The notes under the pieces were generated by a model. That model made no database searches and was not told where the DNA came from. It was given only the letters and a program-made list of their open reading frames with translations. A stretch of DNA of 64,000 nucleotides from Pirellulales bacterium. Its GTDB lineage: Bacteria; Planctomycetota; Planctomycetia; Pirellulales; JAICIG01. Below are positions 1 to 10,620 of this stretch, one piece after another. The stretch spans positions 152,734 to 216,733 of the forward strand of contig JBBDYJ010000041.1 of the NCBI GenBank assembly GCA_040901675.1, in the 5' to 3' direction. Every line of letters begins with the position of its first letter. Within the stretch, counting starts at the first letter, position 1. The position numbers and the translations under genes were made by a program.

Positions 1-99
1 CAGCCTTCAGCGCGGGTGCCTGGTGGCAAAGCGTTAGCGTGCCCCAGCCTTCAGCGCGGGTGCCTGGTGGCAAAGCGTTAGCGTGCCCCAGCCTTCAGC
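1..99. repeat. Tandem 44-bp repeat containing the REP-like unit GGCAAAGCGTTAGCGTGCCCCAG
   Basis: CAGCCTTCAG recurs at 1, 45 and 89; the same core recurs at 2574, 5875 and ~17940. Confidence 0.85.
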
Positions 100-249
100 C
101 AACGCCCGGTCTGGGGCTTATTGTCCAGCCGATCCAGGCATACTGTCGCCCCGTTCGGGCTACCGCACTGTTCAATCCAGGACTCCGGCGAGTTCTGCTG
201 CCCTCGGATTGCCCGCACTCCTTGCTTCGCCCTTTGGCTCTGCATTCGG

Positions 250-1329
250 CTAGAGGTTGCCCCGGATTGCGACGACGCGGCCGGGCTTCTCCTTCGAGCC
301 TTCCTCCGCGGTGCCGAACTCGCAGACGTACAGCACGCCCGAGGGCGCAAAGGCCATGGCGGCGGGCTTGTCCAGCGAGACGATCTTCACCGGCTTGACC
401 TTCATCGTGCTGCCGTCGCCTGTCACGTCGAGGCGGAACAGCCCGCCCTGCGACTCGTCCATCCAGGCGAAGTCGATGGCGTACAGCTTGCCCGACTTCG
501 GGCTGTAGGCCAGGTCCGCTATGTCGTACAGGTCCGTCTCGGCGTTGGCCAGCATCTCTCCGCTCTGGGCGTCGTAGATGGTGAGCAAGCTGTCCTTGGG
601 GATGTTGATCTCGCCCATCTGCCCGACGACCAGCTTGCCCTGCTTGTTCAACGTGATCCCCACCGGGCCGTCGACGCCCGTGGCCACCTTGGTCTTGATG
701 AACGGCTTCAGCGGGCCGGGAACCCCGCTCGATAGCTCGACCTTCAGAACCCAACCCTTGGTGTCGTCGCCGTTGGAAGAGATATAGATGCCATGCTCAT
801 CCACCGCCAGGCCGTAGAAATTGCCTTCGCCCATCAGCGAATCGTCGCCCGGCGTGATCGGCCCCAGGGTGTACTTGGCCTGCTCCGCCTTGATCGAAGT
901 TCCGGGCTTGGGCACGGTGTAGATCTGCAGCAATTCCTGGCCGTCCACGTGGCCGCCTCCGCCCACGACAAGCGTTTCATCGTCGACGAAGGCCAGCCCC
1001 AAGGGGCCGATGTCGTACATGGGACCTTTGCCGTAGACGTCCTTGGGAAAGCCGGTGATGACCGGTGAGCACTTGTGCGTCTTGGCGGCCACGCGGACCA
1101 CCTGCAACGAAGCGCTATCGGAGACGAACAAGTCGCCCGTGGCCGGGTGAATCGCGATCCCGCAAGGATTCGACAAGTTCGTTAACACGGGCTCGATCGC
1201 CGGCTGAGAGGCCGGCGCCTTGGCCTTTGCCTTATCGTCTTGCTTCTTGGCCTCGTCCCCCGCCGAAGCGTCGAGGACCAGCATCAGTGCGATCAGGGCC
1301 GCCAGGTGGAGAGACAAGAGGAACTTCAT
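250..1329 (-). CDS. Secreted beta-propeller (NHL/SMP-30-like) protein
   Basis: Signal peptide MKFLLSLHLAALIALMLVLDASA; repeated P-x-GIA/GLA/DLA blade motifs. Confidence 0.7.
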   Translation of the reverse strand: MKFLLSLHLAALIALMLVLDASAGDEAKKQDDKAKAKAPASQPAIEPVLTNLSNPCGIAIHPATGDLFVSDSASLQVVRVAAKTHKCSPVITGFPKDVYGKGPMYDIGPLGLAFVDDETLVVGGGGHVDGQELLQIYTVPKPGTSIKAEQAKYTLGPITPGDDSLMGEGNFYGLAVDEHGIYISSNGDDTKGWVLKVELSSGVPGPLKPFIKTKVATGVDGPVGITLNKQGKLVVGQMGEINIPKDSLLTIYDAQSGEMLANAETDLYDIADLAYSPKSGKLYAIDFAWMDESQGGLFRLDVTGDGSTMKVKPVKIVSLDKPAAMAFAPSGVLYVCEFGTAEEGSKEKPGRVVAIRGNL

Positions 1330-1422
1330 CGGTGGTTTTCTCCTGGATGGTTTGAGCGGCCGGCCGGCGGGCCGCGCCCCTGCAACAGTCAATTCGTGCA
1401 ACAAGTCAATTCGCGCCGGCGG

Positions 1423-2433
1423 TCACTCGGGCAGTTCGGGCGGCTCGACGACGGGATACTTTTCGCTGGCCAGGGCTTCCTTCAGAAACACGATCAAGTC
1501 CGCCTTGTCCTGGGGTTTCAGCCGCAACGGGAAGATCGATTCGTCCAACTGGTCATTGGGCGTGCCCCCCTTGTCATAATACTCCACAACTTCCTCCAGC
1601 GTCTTGAAGCGACCGTCGTGCATGTAGGGAGCGGTGCGGCCGATTTCGCGCAACGTCGGCGTTTTGAAGGCGCCTCGGTCGCCGAGAAGGTTGCTGATGA
1701 CATGCCGGCCTTCATCGGGTTTTTCGTCGTCGATGCCGACGCCGATGTTGTGAAAGGCCCCATCGGTAAACAGGGGCGGCTGATGACAGGCGCTGCAGTG
1801 GGCCGTGTGGAAGAAGACTTCGTATCCCCGCTGGGCCGCCGGCGAGAGGGCCTCCTTGTCGCCCTGTTCGTGACGGTCGAACGGCGCATCGCCCGACAGC
1901 ACGGTGCGTTCGAAGGCGGCGATCGCCTTGGCGATGGCGTCGGGCGTGGCGGGCGTGCCGAAGACCGCTTCGAACTGCCGGTGGTAACCGGGAATCGCGT
2001 TGAGCTTTTCCACCAGCTCGTCGGTCGTGAGGTCCATTTCGATCGGGTTCTGGATCGGGCCCAGCGCCTGCCCTTCGAGCTCGTCGGCCCGGCCGTCCCA
2101 GAATTGCAGCCGCTGGTAAGCGGCGTTGATAATCGTCGGTGCGCTGCGGCCGCCGACTTGCCCGTCGATGCCGGTGGCAAACCGTTCGCCGTTCGACCAG
2201 CCTTTGGCCGGATCGTGGCACGAAGCACAACTGACCGTGTTGTCGCGCGACAATCGCGGGTCGAAATAGAGCTGCTTGCCGAGCTCGACCTTGGCCGCGG
2301 TCAGCGGGTTGTCGTCCGGGATGCGGAGCGGCTTGAGGCCGGCCGGCAGGGGCAGGTCGAACGTTTCTCCGAGGGCGGGGCCGGCCACCAGACAAGCCAA
2401 GGCCAGCACCCGCGCGGCAGGCAGGCAGCGCAT
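1423..2433 (-). CDS. Di-haem cytochrome c peroxidase (MauG/CCP family)
   Basis: CASCH and CSACH haem motifs; LGKQLYFDPRLS, QFWDGRA, FKTPTLR, APYMHDG. Confidence 0.92.
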   Translation of the reverse strand: MRCLPAARVLALACLVAGPALGETFDLPLPAGLKPLRIPDDNPLTAAKVELGKQLYFDPRLSRDNTVSCASCHDPAKGWSNGERFATGIDGQVGGRSAPTIINAAYQRLQFWDGRADELEGQALGPIQNPIEMDLTTDELVEKLNAIPGYHRQFEAVFGTPATPDAIAKAIAAFERTVLSGDAPFDRHEQGDKEALSPAAQRGYEVFFHTAHCSACHQPPLFTDGAFHNIGVGIDDEKPDEGRHVISNLLGDRGAFKTPTLREIGRTAPYMHDGRFKTLEEVVEYYDKGGTPNDQLDESIFPLRLKPQDKADLIVFLKEALASEKYPVVEPPELPE

Positions 2434-2573
2434 GGCGGGTACACTCCACAAGGCGGGTTTTCAAACGATTAGCTTGCCACCGTATTGTTGTCCAGCCGCC
2501 GCGCGGCCGCAAGCACAAACTTGAGCCCGCGGCCGGCACGATCCGTCCGGGCCGACGTGCCGCGGCTGGGTGG

Positions 2574-2601
2574 CTGGGGCAAAGCGATAAGCGTGCCCCA
2601 G
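2574..2601. repeat. REP-like palindrome CTGGGGCA-N12-TGCCCCAG
   Basis: Intergenic palindrome of the same family as 1-99 and 5875. Confidence 0.75.
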
Positions 2602-2718
2602 TTGCAATGTGACGAAGTTGTTTTTCGGCCGATTCTAGGCCGACGCGCCGCGAAGCACCCCGCGCCGCCGGCCGAAGTGGACATGCGCGGCGGACCGTCA
2701 TATGACCTAACTATGGCG

Positions 2719-3318
2719 TTACGTGCCCGCTATGCCGTGGGCGGCCTCGTAGGCGGCGATCTCCGGCTCGTGTGCCATCGTGAGGCCGATGTCGTCCAGA
2801 CCTTCCAGCAGGCAGTGGCGGCGGAACGGCTCGACTTCAAACGGCAAGGCCAGGCCGTGCTGGTCCCGAATGGTGCAATTCTCCAGGTCGACCGTCAACG
2901 TGTAGCCGGGATGAGCCGCGGCACGGCGAAACAGCTCGTCGACGTGGACCTCGTCGAGGCGGACGGGGAGCAGGCCGTTCTTGAAGCAGTTGCTGTAGAA
3001 GATGTCGGCGAAGCTGGGAGCGATCAAGGCCCGGAAGCCGTAGTCGTCCAGGGCCCAGGGGGCGTGCTCGCGGCTCGAGCCGCAGCCGAAATTGCGCCGC
3101 GCCAACAGGATGCTGGCGCCCTGGTTCTCCGGCCGGTTCAGCTCGAACCGCGGATTGTCCGAACCGTCCGGCAGCCGCCGCCAATCGTAAAAAAGATACT
3201 GCCCGAAGCCGGTCCGCTCAATCCGCTTGAGGAACTGCTTGGGAATGATCTGGTCGGTATCGACGTTGGCCCGGTCCATCGCCGCCACCCGACCCGTATG
3301 TTGGGCAAAGCTTCGCAT
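2719..3318 (-). CDS. leuD: 3-isopropylmalate dehydratase small subunit
   Basis: [42 protein letters not shown]. Confidence 0.98.
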   Translation of the reverse strand: MRSFAQHTGRVAAMDRANVDTDQIIPKQFLKRIERTGFGQYLFYDWRRLPDGSDNPRFELNRPENQGASILLARRNFGCGSSREHAPWALDDYGFRALIAPSFADIFYSNCFKNGLLPVRLDEVHVDELFRRAAAHPGYTLTVDLENCTIRDQHGLALPFEVEPFRRHCLLEGLDDIGLTMAHEPEIAAYEAAHGIAGT

Positions 3319-3326
3319 TCTTGTTC

Positions 3327-3824
3327 TTATCTGGCAGCTCCGGTATGGTTCGCGGCGATGAGCGTTTGCAAGTACAGAGCATTCAGTTCTTCGTCACCTG
3401 GTTTCAGTCTGCGCGCCTCTTCGAAAAACAGCAGCGCGACCTCGTGGTGTTTAAGCCTGGCCCAACAGCGGCCGCGGAAAGATGCCAGATCGGCGGGCGG
3501 AATGCACAGCTCGTGCTCGCGCAGAAACTTCAAAGCCTCATGCCAATCGCCTGACTCAAGCTGAGAATGCAGGACAGAGGCCTGCTCCTCAGTGAGATGC
3601 GAAGCTTCGCGCTGCTCGCCGATTGAGTATAGATCCGCCGACAAACCGCGAATTCGGCTTGCATTCTCCTCGTCGAGTTCCCGCCAAGGCCCATCCATCT
3701 GGTCCCTGACAGAGTCGGCCTGGACGGAGTCGCCCTGCCCGGTGCGCAACAGCTTGTGCAACTGGACCAGCAACCGAGCCGAATCTACGAAAGCCGGGCT
3801 CTCAGGAGGAAGTCGTTTAATCAT
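3327..3824 (-). CDS. Helical hypothetical protein with TPR-like C-terminus; candidate antitoxin/immunity partner
   Basis: 165 aa; starts 3 nt after the upstream ORF stop; visibly lower GC than leuCD. Confidence 0.55.
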   Translation of the reverse strand: MIKRLPPESPAFVDSARLLVQLHKLLRTGQGDSVQADSVRDQMDGPWRELDEENASRIRGLSADLYSIGEQREASHLTEEQASVLHSQLESGDWHEALKFLREHELCIPPADLASFRGRCWARLKHHEVALLFFEEARRLKPGDEELNALYLQTLIAANHTGAAR

Positions 3825-3826
3825 CG

Positions 3827-4243
3827 CTAAAACTCATCAATAGTCCACAGATTGCGAGTCGCTGCGAGAGAACTCCGATACTCGGCCAGCGTCATCGACT
3901 CCTCCGGCTCGACCATTCCGTGCGTCCGCGTGTCGACCCGCACATAGAGGCGATCGGTAAGGTGGCCATCTTCAAATGCTCCCTCTCCCATCGTCCAGCA
4001 CGCAGCATCGTTCTTGCCGCAAGCTCCAGGGCAAAGCGTAACCAGTCGTCTTGGAATTCTGTGTATGGGCAAATCCCTCCATGCCGGTGCCACGGACATT
4101 CCGCCTGTGCCCGGCACCACTGCCCCCGCCGAGACCCCGATATCGATAACTCCAGGTCCGATTCGCACGCCAAGTGTGTCTGCCGTATTGCCGATCTTTG
4201 GCCGGTTCCCTTCTCGCAGCATCGCCCGATAAATTTTGGGCAT
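3827..4243 (-). CDS. Putative ADP-ribosyltransferase-fold toxin (Tse2/Rhs C-terminal-like)
   Basis: IYRAM...LGVR...PGTGGMSV...HGMVEP...LAATR pattern resembling Rhs toxin tips. Confidence 0.5.
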   Translation of the reverse strand: MPKIYRAMLREGNRPKIGNTADTLGVRIGPGVIDIGVSAGAVVPGTGGMSVAPAWRDLPIHRIPRRLVTLCPGACGKNDAACWTMGEGAFEDGHLTDRLYVRVDTRTHGMVEPEESMTLAEYRSSLAATRNLWTIDEF

Positions 4244-4249
4244 CCGGTG

Positions 4250-5674
4250 CTACTCGTCGTTCTTATCCTTATTATGGTACTTCCACTCCCGGATATCCAC
4301 GAAGTGGCCGGCCACCGCGGCCGCCGCCGCCATGGCGGGCGAGACCAGGTGCGTGCGGCCCCCCTTGCCTTGCCGGCCTTCGAAGTTGCGGTTGCTGGTC
4401 GAGGCGCAGCGCTGGCCGGGCAAAAGAATGTCGGGGTTCATCCCCAGGCACATGCTGCAGCCCGCCTCGCGCCACTCGAAGCCGGCCGCGGTGAAGACGC
4501 GGTCCAGCCCCTCGGCCTCCGCCTGGCGCTTGACCTGCCCGCTGCCCGGCACCACCATCGCCTGCACGCTGTCGGCCACGCGATAGCCGCGCACCACGGC
4601 CGCCGCCGCCCGCAGGTCCTCGATGCGGCTGTTGGTGCACGAGCCGATGAACACGCGGTCCAGCGGCAGCGACTCCAGCGGCGTGCCGGGCACCAGGCCC
4701 ATGTAGTCCAGGGCACTCGCCACCGCCTTGCGGTCGCCGTCGCTGGCAAACTGGGCCGGATCGGGCACGCGGGCGCTGACCGGGGCCACCTGGCCGGGGT
4801 TCGTGCCCCAGGTGACCTGCGGCACGATATCGGCCGCGTCGAAGCATTCGACCCGATCGTAGACGGCTCCCGGATCGGTCGGCAGCTCGCGCCAACGCCG
4901 CACGGCCGCTTCGAAATCGGCCGGGGCGAACTCGCGGCCCCGCAGATACTCGAACGTCTTGTCGTCGGGGGCGATCATGCCCGCCCGCGCGCCGGCCTCG
5001 ATCGACATGTTGCAGACGGTCATCCGCTCCTCCATGCCCAGCCCGCGGATGGTGCCGCCCGTGTACTCGATCGCGTAGCCGGTGCCTCCCTCGCTGGTGA
5101 GCCGGCCGATGACGTAGAGGATCAGGTCCTTGGCCGTGACTCCCGGGGCCAGCGATCCCTCGACCCGGATCTCCATCGTCTTGGGCTTGTACTGCAGCAG
5201 CGTCTGCGTGGCCAGCACGTGCTCGACCTCGCTGGTGCCGATGCCGAAGGCCAAGGCGCCGAACGCGCCGTGCGTGGCCGTGTGACTGTCGCCGCAGACG
5301 ATCGTCATCCCCGGCTGCGTCAGCCCCAGCTCCGGCCCGATGACGTGCACGATGCCTTGCCGGGGGTCGCCCAGGTCGTAAAGACGGATGCCGAACTGGC
5401 GGCAGTTCTCGCGCAGCGTGTCGATCTGCTGTTTCGAGATCAGATCGAGGATCGGCAGCCGGCGGTCCGTGGTCGGCACATTGTGATCCGGCGTGGCGAC
5501 GGTCAGTTCCGGCCGGCGCACTTTGCGGCCCGCCAGGCGCAGCGCCTCGAACGCCTGAGGGCTGGTGACCTCGTGCACCAGGTGCCGGTCGATGTAGAGG
5601 ATGGTCTGCTTGCCCGGCTCGGCATGCACCACGTGTGCATCCCAGATCTTGGCAAACATGGTTTGGGGGGACAT
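4250..5674 (-). CDS. leuC: 3-isopropylmalate dehydratase large subunit
   Basis: [58 protein letters not shown]. Confidence 0.98.
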   Translation of the reverse strand: MSPQTMFAKIWDAHVVHAEPGKQTILYIDRHLVHEVTSPQAFEALRLAGRKVRRPELTVATPDHNVPTTDRRLPILDLISKQQIDTLRENCRQFGIRLYDLGDPRQGIVHVIGPELGLTQPGMTIVCGDSHTATHGAFGALAFGIGTSEVEHVLATQTLLQYKPKTMEIRVEGSLAPGVTAKDLILYVIGRLTSEGGTGYAIEYTGGTIRGLGMEERMTVCNMSIEAGARAGMIAPDDKTFEYLRGREFAPADFEAAVRRWRELPTDPGAVYDRVECFDAADIVPQVTWGTNPGQVAPVSARVPDPAQFASDGDRKAVASALDYMGLVPGTPLESLPLDRVFIGSCTNSRIEDLRAAAAVVRGYRVADSVQAMVVPGSGQVKRQAEAEGLDRVFTAAGFEWREAGCSMCLGMNPDILLPGQRCASTSNRNFEGRQGKGGRTHLVSPAMAAAAAVAGHFVDIREWKYHNKDKNDE

Positions 5675-5675
5675 A

Positions 5676-5725
5676 GGTCAGAGGTCAGAAAGTCAGAGGT
5701 CAGGGGTCAGAAGTCAGCGGTCAGA
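5676..5725. repeat. Heptamer tandem repeat (GGTCAGA)n upstream of leuC
   Basis: aggtcagaggtcagaaagtcagaggtcaggggtcagaagtcagcggtcag. Confidence 0.8.
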
Positions 5726-5874
5726 AGGAAGTAGCGAAAAGAGCCGGCGCCACATCAACATGTAGCTTATCGTGGCGGGCGGCGTGTGGGGAGGGGGCAG
5801 AAGGCAGAAGGGCTGAAGGCAGAGGGAAGGAGGAAGGTGGAAGGAGGATGGAGGAATCGGAACGCGTCGCGTGG

Positions 5875-5901
5875 CTGGGGCAAAGCGTTAGCGTGCCCCA
5901 G
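5875..5901. repeat. REP-like palindrome CTGGGGCAAAGCGTTAGCGTGCCCCAG
   Basis: 8-bp arms, intergenic, preceded by GGCAGAA-type heptamers. Confidence 0.8.
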
Positions 5902-5988
5902 TCGTCGTCCGTATCCCCCCGCGTTCGCCTTGTCCCCTTGTCTCCTTGTCGCCTTGTCGTTCTTCCCCGCCGCCTCGCTCGCGGGCGG

Positions 5989-6537
5989 CTAGGCGGCGCG
6001 GCGGCGGGGAGCGGCATCGGCGGCCCGGCGCTCGATCTCAGACACCGTGAGAAGTTGGAGGGCGCCCGTCGGATCGCACTGTTCGACAAAGACGCACGTG
6101 CCATCTTTGATGAGCCTGGGCAGGTAGAACCAGGCTTTCGACATGCTTTGAGGATCCTGGTCGGCCGATACCACGATCAAGTCGAAGGTGCCCAGAGCGT
6201 TCGCCGTGCGCGCCAGCGCGGTAAATGGGTCGCCGGGAATCAGCCGCGCCCGGGCGGCCAGACGGCTCAGCCGGCGATGGGCCAGCTTCAACGGCACGCC
6301 GGGCCGACCCGCAGCGCTGCGCAGCTCGAACAAGTCGATGGCCGCATAGGAGGCTGGGCCGTTGCGGCCGCCAGCCACTTCGATCATCCGCACGGTGCGC
6401 TCCAGCGTGCCGACGCCGATCTCCAGGATCTTTCGGACCCGGCGTTTCCGTATCAGACGATACAGGGGGCGAAAGTGGGCTGGCTTGGAAAAATAGGAAA
6501 GGTAAAGTAAGCGGCAACCACGAAACAGGTTCGGCAT
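5989..6537 (-). CDS. Hypothetical protein, class I SAM-methyltransferase-like fold
   Basis: C-terminal part of the 543-aa ORF, from MPNLFRG; KILEIGVG and YAAIDLFE motifs; upstream part is antisense to rfbB. Confidence 0.6.
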   Translation of the reverse strand: MPNLFRGCRLLYLSYFSKPAHFRPLYRLIRKRRVRKILEIGVGTLERTVRMIEVAGGRNGPASYAAIDLFELRSAAGRPGVPLKLAHRRLSRLAARARLIPGDPFTALARTANALGTFDLIVVSADQDPQSMSKAWFYLPRLIKDGTCVFVEQCDPTGALQLLTVSEIERRAADAAPRRRAA

Positions 6538-6738
6538 GGCGTTCCTCGCCTTGCGGCGTTCAGAAAGGATGGCAGTAATCAACTTCGGCAGCCGGCCTTG
6601 CCCGGAAGAAACGTTTTTGACTTTGATTCTGGATTCTCGGCTGGGCGTGTCCTCCTTCCTTCTGCCTTCTGCCTTCCGCCTTCTGCCTTCTATCCTCCTC
6701 CTTCCTCCTTCTGCCTTCCCCGGTCTATGATGGCCTCC

Positions 6739-7803
6739 ATGCAAACGATTCTGGTCACGGGGGGGGCGGGGTTTATCGGCGGTTGCTTCGTCCGCGGCTG
6801 GATCGGCCAGGAGCGCGGGACCATTGTCAACCTCGACAAGCTGACCTATGCGGGCAACCTCGATTCGCTCGAGCCCGTCGCAGGCACCCCGCGGCACATT
6901 CTGGTCGAAGGCGACATCGCCGACCGGGACCTGGTGCGGCGGTTGCTCCAGCAGTACCAGCCGTGGGCCGTGCTGCACTTCGCGGCCGAGTCGCACGTCG
7001 ATCGCTCGATCGACGGGCCCGCCGACTTTGTCCAGACCAACGTCGTGGGCACCTGCGAGCTGCTGGCGGCCGCCCGGAGTTATTGGAGCGGCCTGGACAA
7101 GGCCGCCAGAGAGCGGTTCCGCTTCCTGCACGTCTCGACCGACGAGGTGTATGGCTCGCTGGGGCCGCAGGGGGCGTTCAGCGAAGACAGCCGGTACGCG
7201 CCGAACTCGCCCTATGCGGCTTCCAAGGCGGCCTCGGACCATTTCGCCCGGGCGTATTATCACACCTACGGGCTGCCGGTGGTGACGACCAACTGCTCGA
7301 ACAACTACGGACCCTACCAGTTTCCCGAAAAGCTGATTCCGCTGATGATCCTCAACGCCTTGGAAGGCAAGCCGCTGCCGGTGTACGGAGACGGGCAGCA
7401 AGTGCGCGACTGGTTGTACGTGGAGGACCATTGCCGGGGCATCCGGCGCGCGTTGGAGCGCGGGCGGCCAGGCGAGGTTTACAACATCGGCGGCAACTGC
7501 CAGCGAACCAACCTCAAGGTGGTGCGGTCGATTTGCGAAACGCTGGACCGGCTTTGCCCCGATCACGCGCACAGCCCGTGTTCGCAATTGATCTCGTTCG
7601 TGGCGGATCGGCCGGGCCACGACCGCCGCTATGCCATCGACGCCAGTAAGATGCGCGACGAGCTGGGGTGGGAGCCGGAGCAGGATTTCGAGACTGGGCT
7701 CGAGCTGACGGTGCGCTGGTACCTGGACAACCGGCGCTGGGTCCAGCGGGTGACGAGCGGGGTTTACGCGCGCGAGCGGCTCGGGCTGCCGGCGACGGAT
7801 TGA
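6739..7803 (+). CDS. rfbB: dTDP-glucose 4,6-dehydratase
   Basis: [52 protein letters not shown]. Confidence 0.97.
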   Translation: MQTILVTGGAGFIGGCFVRGWIGQERGTIVNLDKLTYAGNLDSLEPVAGTPRHILVEGDIADRDLVRRLLQQYQPWAVLHFAAESHVDRSIDGPADFVQTNVVGTCELLAAARSYWSGLDKAARERFRFLHVSTDEVYGSLGPQGAFSEDSRYAPNSPYAASKAASDHFARAYYHTYGLPVVTTNCSNNYGPYQFPEKLIPLMILNALEGKPLPVYGDGQQVRDWLYVEDHCRGIRRALERGRPGEVYNIGGNCQRTNLKVVRSICETLDRLCPDHAHSPCSQLISFVADRPGHDRRYAIDASKMRDELGWEPEQDFETGLELTVRWYLDNRRWVQRVTSGVYARERLGLPATD

Positions 7804-7841
7804 CGACAGTAGCGATTGACGACAGGGGGAGAGCTCAGTCG

Positions 7842-8714
7842 ATGGCGGGATACAAAGGCATCATCCTGGCGGGCGGATCGGGCACTCGGCTGTACCCGGT
7901 GACTCGGGCGGCGAGCAAACAGCTCCTGCCCGTGTACGACAAGCCGATGATTTACTATCCGCTGTCGACCCTGATGTTGGCCGGCATCCGCGACGTCCTC
8001 TTGATTACGACGCCCTGGGACGTGGCCAGTTTCGAGCGGCTGCTGGGCGACGGCGGCTGGCTGGGAATTTCGATCCGCTACGCGGTGCAGCCCAAGCCCG
8101 AAGGGCTGGCCCAGGCGTTTCTGATCGGCCGCGCCTTCGTCGGCCAGGACCCCGTGGCGCTGGTCCTGGGCGACAACCTGTTCTATGGGCAAGGCTTCAT
8201 GCGCATGCTGGCCGAAGCCACGGAGCATGCCACGGGGGCCACGATCTTTGCTTACGCCGTCAAGAATCCACAGCAGTACGGCGTGGTGGAGCTCGATGCA
8301 AGCGGCAGGCCCCTCTCGCTGGAAGAGAAACCCTCGCAGCCGAAGTCGCACTATGCGGTGACCGGACTTTACTTCTACGACAACCAGGTGCTCGACGTCG
8401 CCGCCTCCCTCAAGCCGTCGGCGCGCGGCGAGCTGGAGATCACCGATGTCAACCGCCGCTACCTCGAGCGGGGCGAGCTGCGCGTCCAGTGCTTCTCTCG
8501 CGGGTTTGCCTGGCTCGACACCGGCACGCACGAGTCGCTGCTGCAGGCCTCGAACTTCATCGAAACCATCGAGCTGCGGCAAGGCCTCAAAGTGGCCTGC
8601 ATCGAGGAGGTGGCCTACAACAAGGGATTCATCACCGCCGCGCAGCTCGAAGCCATTGCCGAGCCGCTGAAGAACGCCTACGGCGACTACTTGCGAGAGC
8701 TGATCGTTCGCTGA
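7842..8714 (+). CDS. rfbA: Glucose-1-phosphate thymidylyltransferase
   Basis: [45 protein letters not shown]. Confidence 0.97.
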   Translation: MAGYKGIILAGGSGTRLYPVTRAASKQLLPVYDKPMIYYPLSTLMLAGIRDVLLITTPWDVASFERLLGDGGWLGISIRYAVQPKPEGLAQAFLIGRAFVGQDPVALVLGDNLFYGQGFMRMLAEATEHATGATIFAYAVKNPQQYGVVELDASGRPLSLEEKPSQPKSHYAVTGLYFYDNQVLDVAASLKPSARGELEITDVNRRYLERGELRVQCFSRGFAWLDTGTHESLLQASNFIETIELRQGLKVACIEEVAYNKGFITAAQLEAIAEPLKNAYGDYLRELIVR

Positions 8715-8719
8715 TTGCC

Positions 8720-9193
8720 TCAATAGGCCCGGTGGCGGGGCCTGGCCAGCCATTCAGTAAACAGCGCCTGGCACTCGTCGCCCAGCACGCCGCCCACCAG
8801 GTGCACGCTGCTCTTACCCAGCCGCACCATGTCCTGGGCCGCAAGCTGCATCTCGTTGAAGCCGGCGGCCGTGGCCGTCTCGATGCTGGCGCCGTAGTAC
8901 ACCGTGCCCACGCGTGCCCAGTGCAGCGCGGCCAGGCACATGGGGCAGGGCTCGCAGGTGGTGGCCACGATGGCGCCGGGAAGGTGGATGCTGCCCGCCT
9001 GGCGGTTGGCCTCTCGCAGCGCGTTCACCTCGGCATGGGCCGTGATGTCGAGCGTGGCCAGCACCGTGTTGTGCGCCACGGCCAGCAGGCGGTCGCCCAT
9101 CGCAATCGCCGAGCCAAACGGCGATTGCCCGCCGGCGATGCCTTGACGGCATTTCTCGATGGCCAACCGCATCAGCTCGGCCGGCTCGATCAT
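8720..9193 (-). CDS. Nucleoside/guanine deaminase (cytidine deaminase fold)
   Basis: HAE...CEPCPMC zinc motif; start overlaps the upstream stop. Confidence 0.9.
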   Translation of the reverse strand: MIEPAELMRLAIEKCRQGIAGGQSPFGSAIAMGDRLLAVAHNTVLATLDITAHAEVNALREANRQAGSIHLPGAIVATTCEPCPMCLAALHWARVGTVYYGASIETATAAGFNEMQLAAQDMVRLGKSSVHLVGGVLGDECQALFTEWLARPRHRAY

Positions 9194-10620
9194 TGCAGTT
9201 GCTCTTCCAACGCGCTGAAGATGGCGTACATCGCGTCCAGGTAGGTGCGGGCCTCGTCCAAAGGCATCACCAGGGGCGGACTCACCCGCAGCACGTTGCC
9301 GGCCAGCGGCCCCAGCAGGTGAATGGCCGCGCCCGAAGCGTTGCCTCGATAGCAGGCCTCCACGCAGCGGTTGGCCACCTCGGCCGAGGCGTGGCGGCCG
9401 ACGGCGGCGCACTCGACACCCCACACCACCCCCTCGCCGCGGACGTGGGCCACCGGCCCCAGTTCGCACAACCGCGTCAGGCCGGCCTCGAGCACCTCGG
9501 ACAACTGGCGGGCATGAGCCAGCACTTCGGCCGACTCGTATTCATCGAGCGTGGCCAGCACGGCGGCGCTGGCCAGCGGGTTGGCGCTCCAGGTGTCGCT
9601 CGCCTCGCCGTAGTGCATGGAGGCAAACAGCTCGGCCCGCCCCACCGCCGCGCTCACCGGCACGCCGTTGCCCAGCCCCTTGCCGAGCACCACGATGTCC
9701 GGCTCGACGCCATACTCGCTGAAGGCATACATCGAGCCGGTCCGGCCGAAGTTGGACTGAACCTCGTCGAGGATGAAAACCACGTCGTGCTCGCGGCAGA
9801 ACCGCTCGAGCAACTGAATGTACTCCTTCTGCGGATGAAACGACCCGCCTCCGCCCAGGTACGGCTCGCTGATCAGGCAGCAGATCCGGCGGCCATACTG
9901 GCTCCACAACCCGGCCAGCTCGCTCTTGAAGGGCGCCAGGTCGATCGGCCGCCGCCGCGCGGCCAGGTCGACGCACTCCTCGCGCGGAAAGCTGATGAAG
10001 CGGACGCGGGCGTCGCGCTCCGCATCCTGCTCGCTGCCGGTGACCGCGCCGGCCAGTCCCTTCTTGCCGTGAAAGCCGTGACGCGTCGAGAGGATGATGT
10101 CTTCGCCGGGCCGCCGGTCCAGCGCCGCCCAGAGCGCCTTCTGGATCGCCTCGCTGCCGCTGGCCGCCCACATCACCTGCTGGCAGCGGGCCCCGCCCGG
10201 CTGGGCTTGCAAGCTGGCCAACAGCCGCTCGCAGGCGCGAATCTCCAGCTCGGTCGCCGCGTTGTAAGCGTTCAACGTGACGGCGTGGCAATACTCGCCC
10301 GCCGCCCCCAGGTGGTTCAACCCAAGATACTCCAGGACCCGCCTCCACCAACGCGTCGGGTTATGGCCCAAGTTCATCACCAGCACGCCCGACGAAAAAT
10401 CGGCCAGCATCCGGCCTTCGGGCGTCCAATGGTACGAGCCGGCGCTGCGGGTGAACACGGCCAGGCTCGGCGTGAACGTGCGCAGGGCCGCCGGCTCGAC
10501 CTCGGCCAGGCGGCGGCGCAGCGAGTTCGACTGCTCCTCGCCGGGATGCGCAATGGCCGCCGGCGCGCCGGCGGCCGGCCCGGGATGGCTGGGTTTATCT
10601 TCCGGCAACGGCTGGGGCAT
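9190..10620 (-). CDS. Class III PLP-dependent aminotransferase
   Basis: SGSEAI, GFHGK, ILDEVQSNFGRTG, PDIVVLGKGLGNG. Confidence 0.92.
   Translation of the reverse strand: MPQPLPEDKPSHPGPAAGAPAAIAHPGEEQSNSLRRRLAEVEPAALRTFTPSLAVFTRSAGSYHWTPEGRMLADFSSGVLVMNLGHNPTRWWRRVLEYLGLNHLGAAGEYCHAVTLNAYNAATELEIRACERLLASLQAQPGGARCQQVMWAASGSEAIQKALWAALDRRPGEDIILSTRHGFHGKKGLAGAVTGSEQDAERDARVRFISFPREECVDLAARRRPIDLAPFKSELAGLWSQYGRRICCLISEPYLGGGGSFHPQKEYIQLLERFCREHDVVFILDEVQSNFGRTGSMYAFSEYGVEPDIVVLGKGLGNGVPVSAAVGRAELFASMHYGEASDTWSANPLASAAVLATLDEYESAEVLAHARQLSEVLEAGLTRLCELGPVAHVRGEGVVWGVECAAVGRHASAEVANRCVEACYRGNASGAAIHLLGPLAGNVLRVSPPLVMPLDEARTYLDAMYAIFSALEEQLQ

Noticed and set aside
1..100. CRISPR array
   Set aside because: Units repeat in tandem without unique spacers, no cas genes are present, and the core matches a dispersed REP-like family
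3920..5734. Long ORFs antisense to real genes (also 9193-10869, 35472-37166, 54738-56453, 62507-63904)
   Set aside because: Shadow ORFs typical of high-GC DNA, opposite well-supported genes
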